Source of the DNA: Rebecca billardiae RCC1528
Taxonomy: Eukaryota; Protista; Haptophyta
Direction of reading: 5' to 3'
Assembly (NCBI GenBank): GCA_965240325.2
Contig: OZ251238.1
Span: forward strand, 372,001-436,000
Length of the DNA stretch: 64,000 nucleotides
Under the pieces are notes generated by a model. The model was not told the origin of the DNA. It searched no databases and saw only the letters and a list, made by a program, of their open reading frames with translations. A program made the translations under genes and the position numbers. Numbering within the stretch: the stretch's first letter is position 1; each line of letters begins with the position of its first letter. Shown piece after piece: positions 22,543 through 33,303 of this stretch.

Positions 22543-23527
22543 GTGACACTGACTCTGTCACGTCGTAGTAGTTGGTACCGGACTGCTCGTCTGCTGTTAG
22601 CTTATTCGGCGGCAGCGTCCTAAGGAGTAAGGGTCCAATTCGATCAGCCTTCAGGTTCAGGAATCAGCATTATCAGGGCGAATTCACGGAGCGCACTACA
22701 AGTACAAGCTGGTCCGCGCGCCGCGGCGGGTGCGGTGAGGCGGGAGGCGCCGGGGCGGCCACCCCGCGGGTCACTACCTAGCTCGGGAGCGCGAGACGCG
22801 ATATATATATATGCGATTAGCTACTGCGCTCATACCAGTTACGCACTATACAGGTCTACCGTTACAGTCGTACTGTACGCAGGCTACGCGACGTCATGCG
22901 CATCATGATCATCATCGCGATCCGCGCGCGCGATCATTAATTATTCGCGCGCAGGACATCTTAGCCGTTAATAAGATACTTTCCAGCAGACAACTGCTAG
23001 TTACTACGTGTACGGTCGTCGAGTCGAGAATACTCGTCGTCTGATTGACGCGACGATTCTATATATATATAGCTATACCGTATACGACTACTGCTAAACT
23101 ACGACTACTGGCGGCCACTGCTACTTAATGTCTGCTCAGTCAACTTTTACTTCGGACGCAAATTCGTCGCGATGATGATGACGTACTCGAAGTCGATGAC
23201 TCGATGAATAACGCAGCTAGTAGCTACGACTCTATAGCCTACTACTTTATAGCTTACCGCCGAGTTGACGACTATATGCATATTATATATATATGATGCG
23301 CGTGATGATTGACGACTGATTCGTCCGTGAGCACTACTCTGCAAGGCGCAAGGCCAAGCCATCGCATTATAATATATCGGCACGCAGTAGACAGTACTCG
23401 ACAGTACTCCACGACTCGTCCGGTCCGACCGATGGCATAAGCCACGTGCATTTGCCACCCACCTGTCCCAGACGGATTTCCGAGCCGCTGATTGGTCGGC
23501 GCGAGCAACCCCCGAGGCGTCCGGCCG

Positions 23528-23615
23528 CCCTGCCTCCTCGTCCGGTGAGGCAAGGGCACCCTGCCTCAGGGTCCGGTGAGGCACTGGGCACCCTGCCTCA
23601 GCGTCCGGTGAGGCA
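23528..23615 (+). repeat. Left subterminal direct repeats (CCCTGCCTC...GTCCGGTGAGGCA x3)
   Basis: Three tandem ~31-bp copies just inside the left TIR. Confidence 0.7.
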
Positions 23616-23629
23616 AGAGCAGGGCCTTA

Positions 23630-25146
23630 CCAGGTCGTTCCCCCTGCACTGGGAATCCGCGGTTTGGACATACAAGAAAAACAGCCGGAGGACGCACCCG
23701 TCGCTACCCGCGAATAAGATTTTCAGGTCTCGCGGGTGCGGATGTGCGTCAATCGATGAGCTGGTCTCGCAATCCCAAAATTGAGCCGCAACGAGATAGA
23801 GGGCAGGGAGCCCCCGGTGGCGGCTCGGCAGGCGAGGGCCGACCAAATCTTGACCTTTTGCCCTCGGCGGCAGGCGGCAGCGGCGAAGGCGGCCGAGCGC
23901 CGTTGGCGGGGCGCGCCCGGGGCACGGCGCTGCGGGCGCGGATGTGCTCGCGGAGCCGGCTTGCGTGGACAGGCTGTCGCGGGAGAGTATCTGGCGCCCT
24001 CCTGTGCCGCGCGTCTCGCGCCACGCCTCTTTTCGCCGCGGCTCAGGGCAGCGCGCACGCGCGCGCCGCCTCGAGGCCAGCACAGCCGCGCCGGCAGCCA
24101 ACCGTGCGCGCGCCGTGCGCGGCGTGGTCGGAAAGGAACGGGGGGTGCTGCCGGGCGAGATGACGACATCATGTGCGCACGCTATGCCGCCCCGCGGCGC
24201 CGCGAAAGGGCACGATAACGGATCCGCACAGCTGTTGACGAGTGCTGATTTCTTCAGTCGTGCCTGAAGCCAGACCTGAGCTCGAAGAAGATGATGAAAG
24301 TGCATCCGCGCGAGGAAGCGTCGCACCCAGCACTTCTACATGACCACGCGGTGATGAACATTCATGGAAGAGTATCCCGCTTGCCCGTCTGGCACTGTTC
24401 TGTGTCTCAATGATCGTCCCGACAAGGGTCACGACCGCGAGGCCGTGCCGCACACCATTTGTGACAACTCGAAGAGGCGTGCAAACGGACCGGCGACACG
24501 CTCGGCAAGGCGTGGCGGGGCGGCATGGCGTGCGCACATGATGTCGTCATCTCGCCCGGCAGCCGCGCCCGTTCCTTCCCGACCACGCCGCGCACGGCGC
24601 GCGCGCGGTCGGCTGCGGCGCAGGCAAGGCTGGCCAGTTGAGGCGGCGCGCGCCGTGCGCGCTGCCCTGAGCCGAGGCGAAAGAGGCGTGGCGCAAGACG
24701 CGCGGCGCAGGATGGCGGCAGATACTCTCCCGCAACAGCCCGTCCACGCACGCCGGCTCCGCGAGCACATCCGCGCCCGCAGCGCCCTGGCCCGCATCGC
24801 ACTCGCCGCCGCCCGGCCGCAGGCCGGCGGGTCAGAAATCGGTGCTCGCACCCGCGAGGGCTCCCGCCTCCGGTCGCACGCGAGAACTCATTCCTAGAGC
24901 ATCGATTTCGTGAGCGGACTATCGCTGACGAGGCTGATTACTGCTGTTCCACGGCTTTGCCGCGCTCGGGATTTGGCTTCTCGAATGGATGGATCTGGTT
25001 TCGTCATTTTTAATTGGAAAGCTCGATTAGATCGTTCAAGTGGCCTGATAGAGCAATCGGAAGACTAAATCTGCGTTGCTATGCCGCGGCCTCGCGCTCT
25101 GAATAGTGCGAAACCGCGGATTCCCAGTGCAGGGGGAACGACCTGG
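23630..25146. mobile_element. Nested Tc1/mariner-type non-autonomous element with internal foldback
   Basis: Perfect 36-bp TIR CCAGGTCGTTCCCCCTGCACTGGGAATCCGCGGTTT (23630-23665 / 25111-25146), flanked by TA on both sides; internal imperfect inverted repeat ~23925-24190 / 24520-24787. Confidence 0.88.
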
Positions 25147-26984
25147 TATGCCTCCCGGCCGGACCGGCCGGACGTCCACTGTGACGGCAAGGCAACCCAC
25201 AAAACGGCCCGCCATTAAAATTATTTTAAATTATTTAACGCAGATTAAAATTAAAATATTTGAAACGTATATTAAAATTAAAATAGTTGATAAAAGGGGC
25301 GGACCTACGGCCCGCCATAAAATATATTTAACGACGTGGCAGCATCGGACAAGCGTCAGGCTCAGAATGGCGGTTATTATTTAAAAATCAAAATCACTGT
25401 CATCGCCGATCGTCGTCAGCATCACCCGTTTTTAATTAATGATGGCGGGCCGTTTTATTAAAAAATCGAGGGCGTTCCGCTTTGACGAATCTCCTCCACG
25501 GCCTCGGCCCCGGCGAGCGGGAGAGGGGGGGGGGGTCAAGGCGTGGAGGCAGGAGGCAGGAGGCAGGAGGCACCCACCGCGCAACCGTCGCGAGGCCTGC
25601 GCGTCACGAGTTGCGCGATGAGACGGGCGGCCAACTGGCCTCCGTGACCGGCGCACGGTCACCCTGCCGCGCTTCTGCCCCGTGTCTACCCGATGCCGCG
25701 CGCGCACGCCTGCGCGGCTTCCGCCCCTTGGTCACCCGAAGTCAGAGGCCGCGACGCGCGGCGCGGCGGGATGCTTGCGCCTGCGGTTGCCCACGCCTCC
25801 TCCGCGCGTCGGCCAACGCGCAGGTGCTCCGTTCGGGCGGCGGCATTTACGCCCGTGCGTCTGGCCTCGTTCTCCGCGCCCTGGGTTCGCGAAATGGGCC
25901 CGCGCTGCGCGGCGTACTGCATCCCTAGCTGCGTGGAGCCGTGGACCGGGCGCCCCGGTCCGATTGTCTACTGGTGACGCTCGGCGCTTGGCGGCGCACG
26001 CGTGCGGCGCTTGCTCGGGCTGGGGTTCGTGGCCCGAACCATGGCACGTATTGGGCGCCGTGGCCGCCGTTCTGTTCGGGTTCAGGCGTGACCATGCATG
26101 ATTCTGTGCGATGGCCGGCCACCGTCGCCAAACGCCAACGGCCGGCATCACTGAATGATACTGATTTCTGACGACCGGCCGCGGCGTCGCAGGCGCAGTC
26201 AGACAGCACCTGCACGTGGACACGGGTACTCGGCATGCTAGCTAAGTCTCGTCATCATCTTTATATCACCAGACGGTACTGCTACGCGGCAGACTGCTGC
26301 GGATTATTACCTGACCACCGGGACTCACTGCGGCATCACGCGCTCGACTCGCGCCTGCGGCACGCTCGCTCACCCGTGACCGTCTCTGTCGCTGTCGTTG
26401 CGTCACCCGTCCCCGACCGAGTCCTCCAGCTCGCCCTCGCGCTCGCCCCGCGCGCTGCCCGACGGGGCGCGCGGGCGCCGCTTGGCCTCCGGCTCGTGCG
26501 GCCCGTCGGAGTCGCGCCCACGGGGCGCGTTGTGCGCGCTGAGCGGTGGGGGCGGCGCTGCGGCGTGCGACTGCGCGCCCGACCCACCCGCGGCCGCGGC
26601 CGCGGCCGCGGTTGCCGCCGTGCTCGGCACCGCGATCGGCGTCGCGCTCGGCGGCGGCAGCGGCGCGGCCCGGCCGAGGCTGAACACCTTGGGCACGTCC
26701 CCGTTGAAGCGCCGGCGGAGCTGCGCGGCGTACTCCTGGATCCGCCTGCCGTTGGTCGGGTACCAGACGACGCGCAGCTCCATCGTCGCCCAGCTCGGAC
26801 CCGCCGCGGCCGCGGGGCTGGCGGCCGACAGCGGCGCGACCACGTGCCCCTGCGCCGGCGGCGGCGGCTGAGCGGGAGCCCGAATCGCCGCCGTCGGCAT
26901 CAACGGTGTGGCGGCCGGCTGGGCGGGCGCCGCAGCCGCAGCCGCAGCCGCAGCCGCAGCCGCGGCCGCCGCCGCCACGCCGCC

Positions 26985-27645
26985 GCCGCCGCCATTTGCC
27001 CACCCACCGAAGGGCGCCGCGCGCGGCGCGGCGGGCGCACGGCCGCGCGCGCGCGATGGGCGCGGCCGCGGCGGCCGCGGCGCGGCGCGGACTGAGTGGC
27101 GGGGCGCGGCCGCGGAGGCGGCGCGCGCGCACTCGCTCCGGGCGCCCCCCCCCCCCCCCCCCGTTCCCGCGCGCCGCCGTCGCCGCCGCCCCGCCGCCGC
27201 CGCCGCCATTTGTCCACCCGCCGAAGGGCGCCGCGCGCGGCGCGGCGGGCGCACGGCCTCGCGCGCGCGATGGGCGCGGCCGCGGCGGCCGCGGCGCGGC
27301 GCGGACTGAGTGGCGGGTCGCGGCCGCGGAGGCGGCGCGCGCGCGCTCGCTCCGGGCGCCCCCGCCCCCCCCCTTCCCGCGCGCCGCGGCCGCCGCCGCC
27401 CCGCCGCCGCCGCCGCCATTTGTCAACCCGCCGAAGGGCGCCGCGCGCGGCGCGGCGGGCGCACGGCCGCGCGCGCGCGATGGGCGCGGCCGCGGCGGCC
27501 GCGGCGCGGCGCGGACTGAGTGGCGGGGCGCGGCCGCGGAGGCGGCGCGCGCGCACTCGCTCCGGGCGCCCCCGCCCCCCCCCCCCTTCCCGCGCGCCGC
27601 GGCCCCGCCGCCCCGCCGCCGCCGCCGCCATTTGTCCACCCGCCA
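26985..27645. repeat. Tandem repeat, ~212-bp unit x3
   Basis: GCCGCCATTTG(T/C)C(C/A)ACCC anchor recurs near 26990, 27204, 27414 and 27626; units differ mainly in poly-C length. Confidence 0.85.
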
Positions 27646-28149
27646 GGGGAGCTCCGCGTATGGCGTAGCTTCAAAATTCGAAATGCCAGCGCCCCGCCGC
27701 ATGGCGGCCCGAACCACACAGGCCGCCGCTTGGCTATCGGCGCCGCGCGGCTGTCGGGTGGCGGCCGGACCCAGCAGGCTCGCGCTCTGGCCGCGTGCGC
27801 TGCCGCCACCAACGCACGCTCAACCGCCCGGACTCGTGCACCAGATTCAGGCGGCTGCCTCGCGCCTCCTGCCTCACGCCCTGCCTCGCGCCCGGCGGCC
27901 CCGGTCGCGGTCGGCAGGCCCGGCCGGCCGCCGCCCCCGACTCGCGCGCCGCGGCCGGGGCGGGACCGGCCTATCCGGCTGCGCTGGACTGCTGCAGGCT
28001 CGCACGGTGGCGGGGTGACCGCGCGCGCGCCCCGTCGCGGCGTGCGCTGCCGCCACCATCGTCCCCCCCCCCCCGCACTCAGCGCGCAGCTGGCCACTGG
28101 CCGGGCGGACGCGCGATGGCCTTGCCTCACTCACCCCTCCCCATCTGCC

Positions 28150-30352
28150 TGCCCCGGACTGACCGGCTGGGTCCGGGCTGCCCGGCTGCGGCGGCCTGCG
28201 GGCTCGCGCGGCGGCAGGTTGAGCACGCGCGCGCCGCCCCCACGATGGCGGCGCTGCCGCCGCCATCGTGCGTCCGGCCACCCGGACTCGCGGCACCGGA
28301 CTCTGGTGGCTGCCTCGTGCCTCGTGCCTCGCGCCGCTGCCACCCCCCCTCCCCGGCCCGCGGCCCGCGCCGCCGCGGCCGGGCTGGGCTCGGACTGTCC
28401 GCCTGCGGCGGGCCCGCGCGGCGGGCCGGCGGCGAGTTGAGCACGCGTGCGCCGCCGCCACGATGGCGGCGCTGCCGCCGCCATCGTGCGCCCGGACGCC
28501 CGGACTCGCGGCACCGGACTCTGGTGGCTGCCTCGTGCCTCGTGCCTCGCGCCGCTGCCACCCCCCCTCCCCGGCCCGGCGGGCCGGCCCGCGCCGCCGC
28601 GGCCGGGCTGGGCCCGGACTGTCCGGCTGCGGCGGGCCCGCGCGGCGGGCCGGCGGCGAGTTGAGCACGCGTGCGCCGCCGCCACGATGGCGGCGCTGCC
28701 GCCGCCATCGTGCGCCCGGACGCCCGGACTCGCGGCACCGGACTCTGGTGGCTGCCTCGTGCCTCGTGCCTCGCGCCGCTGCCACCCCCCCTCCCCGGCC
28801 CGGCGGGCCGGCCCGCGCCGCCGCGGCCGGGCTGGGCCCGGACTGTCCGGCTGCGGCGGGCCCGCGCGGCGGGCCGGCGGCGAGTTGAGCACGCGTGCGC
28901 CGCCGCCACGATGGCGGCGCTGCCGCCGCCATCGTGCGCCCGGCCGCCCGGACTCGCGGCACCGGACTCTGGTGGCTGCCTCGTGCCTCGTGCCTCGCGC
29001 CGCTGCCACCCCCCCTCCCCGGCCCGCGGCCCGCGCCGCCGCGGCCGGGCTGGGCCCGGACTGTCCGGCTGCGGCGGGCCCGCGCGGCGGGCCGGCGGCG
29101 GGCTGAGCACGCGCGCGCCGCCGCCACGATGGCGGCGCTGCCGCCGCCATCGTGCGCCCGGACGCCCGGACTCGCGGCACCGGACTCTGGTGGCTGCCTC
29201 GTGCCTCGTGCCTCGCGCCGCTGCCACCCCCCCTCCCCGGCCCGGCGGGCCGGCCCGCGCCGCCGCGGCCGGGCTGGGCCCGGACTGTCCGGCTGCGGCG
29301 GGCCCGCGCGGCGGGCCGGCGGCGAGTTGAGCACGCGTGCGCCGCCGCCACGATGGCGGCGCTGCCGCCGCCATCGTGCGCCCGGACGCCCGGACTCGCG
29401 GCACCGGACTCTGGTGGCTGCCTCGTGCCTCGTGCCTCGCGCCGCTGCCACCCCCCCTCCCCGGCCCGGCGGGCCGGCCCGCGCCGCCGCGGCCGGGCTG
29501 GGCCCGGACTGTCCGGCTGCGGCGGGCCCGCGCGGCGGGCCGGCGGCGAGTTGAGCACGCGTGCGCCGCCGCCACGATGGCGGCGCTGCCGCCGCCATCG
29601 TGCGCCCGGACGCCCGGACTCGCGGCACCGGACTCTGGTGGCTGCCTCGTGCCTCGTGCCTCGCGCCGCTGCCACCCCCCCTCCCCGGCCGCGGCCCGCG
29701 CCGCCGCGGCCGGGCTGGGCCCGGACTGTCCGGCTGCGGCGGGCCCGCGCGGCGGGCCGGCGGCGAGTTGAGCACGCGTGCGCCGCCGCCACGATGGCGG
29801 CGCTGCCGCCGCCATCGTGCGCCCGGACGCCCGGACTCGCGGCACCGGACTCTGGTGGCTGCCTCGTGCCTCGTGCCTCGCGCCGCTGCCACCCCCCCTC
29901 CCCGGCCCGGCGGGCCGGCCCGCGCCGCCGCGGCCGGGCTGGGCCCGGACTGTCCGGCTGCGGCGGGCCCGCGCGGCGGGCCGGCGGCGAGTTGAGCACG
30001 CGTGCGCCGCCGCCACGATGGCGGCGCTGCCGCCGCCATCGTGCGCCCGGACGCCCGGACTCGCGGCACCGGACTCTGGTGGCTGCCTCGTGCCTCGTGC
30101 CTCGCGCCGCTGCCACCCCCCCTCCCCGGCCCGCGGCCCGCGCCGCCGCGGCCGGGCTGGGCCCGGACTGTCCGGCTGCGGCGGGCCCGCGCGGCGGGCC
30201 GGCGGCGAGTTGAGCACGCGTGCGCCGCCGCCACGATGGCGGCGCTGCCGCCGCCATCGTGCGCCCGGCCGCCCGGACTCGCGGCACCGGACTCTGGTGG
30301 CTGCCTCGTGCCTCGTGCCTCGCGCCGCTGCCACGCCTGCCACCCCCCCTCC
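28150..30352. repeat. Satellite-like tandem array, 217-224-bp unit, ~10 copies
   Basis: Anchor spacing 218,224,224,218,224,224,217,224,218; near-identical units. Confidence 0.95.
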
Positions 30353-32158
30353 TAGGGGGTCCAAGCCAGCAGCCCACCGATTGGTGATATTTGACAACCA
30401 TGCCATGTAGGCGTCTGATGAGCGTGACGCTTGCGGATTCACCCTCAAATATGTCCCAGAGCCCAGCCCAGCCGCCAGAAGCACTAAAAACCGACTCCGC
30501 GTGTCGTCGCGCGGTCGCGCGCGCACGCAGCGGCGCCCGCTGTGTCACATAGAGATTCAGCCGAATGTTACCTACTTGTCATGGCAGCTAGATGACGATA
30601 CGCGGTCGGACTTACTTATTGACAAGCGCGGCCCTCTCTCCAAAGGATTTTATGGTGAAAATACCGAAAAAGTGGGGCGCAATGCTGTGCGCGTAGACGT
30701 CCATGAAAAACTACTCCAAGATCGAGCACATTACCCATTTAATTATGGGAATGTACCCACATATAAGCGCCATGTTACCCACTATATATAGAAGGCGGTT
30801 AATTTTGCCATATGTATTCAAGTGAGTGCCTATACATGGGTACCTTGCTCACTACTTGCTGGGTCATCCGAATACGGAGTACGGCGGCGCCGAGACGGCT
30901 CATGCCACTGGACTCAGCACATCAGTGAGTGCCGGCCCGCGAACGCGGGCCTGATGCCGGTGGCGGGCTGCTCGTGCTGCGGCACACGGCCAACTCCGCC
31001 ACTGAACATGCCGCCACCATCCCGGCATGAGAGTCCTCTCCGCCGTCGAGGCTGGCATGCGCAGACTAGCTCGCCATGTGCCGGGCGGCTTCCTTGCCCG
31101 TACTCAGGTGTCACTGGCACCGTCGCCGTTCGTCGTACCCCAGCCCACGCGAGGCCGCCGCCGGTCCACCTCTGCTGCGGCTACAGCGCTTGCAGTCGAG
31201 ACTGCTCCAGCTTACCTCTGACTCTGCGAGCTGCTCGGTGGCGAGCGTTGAGCTCTCTGCCTCTGCTGCCGGACCCAGTGCGCACGCCTGCATCAAGCAC
31301 CATGCAGTCCGTGCGCTGCTCCAAGACGGCCGCCAACAGTGGCGCCGGCACTCCCGAGACGAAGGCACGGTGCACAGACGTGGCATCGGCCATAGCGGAG
31401 CTTGGCGGCGCGCGTCTGCTCCGCAGCAAGCTTGACGTTGGTGACAAGGTGCACGCTCTTCGCCTCAGGGCAGCTCGGCTGCTGCATGCAGCCAAGCGGC
31501 ACGCCAAGTGGCACAACAAACAAGCCGACGCGTGCCGGCTGGAGCTTCTGGCGGTACTACTGTGAGCTGGAAGACAGGCCCCGCACGTACACAGGGTCGC
31601 CGAGCTTGCTTACCACCCACGACTGCCGCGCACTCCCGTTTGCGAACGAGCGGCCAGCGATCGCGCGAGTGCATGCGCAGCGCGTGGGGAGGTGAGCACT
31701 GCACGCACCAGGCCGAGCGCCGGGGGGTCATTCATGCTCATCATGGACAAGCTAAACCAGGTGTAAACCAGCGCGCAGCGTGCACGCTTCACCTGAAACC
31801 GGGGCTGCGTTGTCCGCGCTCATCCGGATGAGAGTTCGAACGGCGCGCAGAGCGGGGCTGTGAGGTTCAAGATGTCCGATGAGAGCGAGCTGCCAGCGAT
31901 CATTTGGTCGGCCGCTGTCATGGTGGCCACCCTGACTCGCCCGCCCGCGCGCCTCTGACGCCAGAGCGCGCTCCGCCGCGCCGACGCGACGATGAAGTCC
32001 ACCGCCCAGGCGTGCTACTCGCCCGATCTCGGGCTCGACCGTGCTCTGAACGGCCGCGGCCGGTGCTGCCGCAATTCGAGGCAACAATGTTCGGAAATGG
32101 TCACCGCGAAATCGGTCAGTCGATTTTCGATTTTTAATTCCGCGGCGTGGACCCCCTA
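30353..32158. mobile_element. hAT-like non-autonomous element inserted into the satellite
   Basis: TIR TAGGGGGTCCA(A/C)GCC; target duplication CCCCTCC (30346-30352 / 32159-32165); satellite phase resumes exactly after it. Confidence 0.82.
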
Positions 32159-33303
32159 CCCCTCCCCGGCCCGGCGGGCCGGCCCGCGCCGCCGCGGCCG
32201 GGCTGGGCCCGGACTGTCCGGCTGCGGCGGGCCCGCGCGGCGGGCCGGCGGCGAGTTGAGCACGCGTGCGCCGCCGCCACGATGGCGGCGCTGCCGCCGC
32301 CATCGTGCGCCCGGACGCCCGGACTCGCGGCACCGGACTCTGGTGGCTGCCTCGTGCCTCGTGCCTCGCGCCGCTGCCACCCCCCCTCCCCGGCCCGGCG
32401 GGCCGGCCCGCGCCGCCGCGGCCGGGCTGGGCCCGGACTGTCCGGCTGCGGCGGGCCCGCGCGGCGGGCCGGCGGCGAGTTGAGCACGCGTGCGCCGCCG
32501 CCACGATGGCGGCGCTGCCGCCGCCATCGTGCGCCCGGACGCCCGGACTCGCGGCACCGGACTCTGGTGGCTGCCTCGTGCCTCGTGCCTCGCGCCGCTG
32601 CCACCCCCCCTCCCCGGCCGCGGCCCGCGCCGCCGCGGCCGGGCTGGGCCCGGACTGTCCGGCTGCGGCGGGCCCGCGCGGCGGGCCGGCGGCGAGTTGA
32701 GCACGCGTGCGCCGCCGCCACGATGGCGGCGCTGCCGCCGCCATCGTGCACCCGGCCGCCCGGACTCGCGGCACCGGACTCTGGTGGCTGCCTCGTGCCT
32801 CGTGCCTCGCGCCGCTGCCACCCCCCCTCCCCGGCCCGGCGGGCCGGCCCGCGCCGCCGCGGCCGGGCTGGGCCCGGACTGTCCGGCTGCGGCGGGCCCG
32901 CGCGGCGGGCCGGCGGCGAGTTGAGCACGCGTGCGCCGCCGCCACGATGGCGGCCCTGCCGCCGCCATCGTGCGCCCGGACGCCCGGACTCGCGGCACCG
33001 GACTCTGGTGGCTGCCTCGTGCCTCGTGCCTCGCGCCGCTGCCACCCCCCCTCCCCGGCCCGCGGCCCGCGCCGCCGCGGCCGGGCTGGGCCCGGACTGT
33101 CCGGCTGCGGCGGGCCCGCGCGGCGGGCCGGCGGCGAGTTGAGCACGCGTGCGCCGCCGCCACGATGGCGGCGCTGCCGCCGCCATCGTGCGCCCGGCCG
33201 CTCGGACTCGCGGCACCGGACTCTGGTGGCTGCCTCGTGCCTCGTGCCTCGCGCCGCTGCCACCCCCCCTCCCCGGCCCGCGGCCCGCGCCGCCGCGGCC
33301 GGG
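32159..33303. repeat. Continuation of the 217-224-bp satellite, ~5 copies
   Basis: Same unit; spacing 224,217,224,218. Confidence 0.95.
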
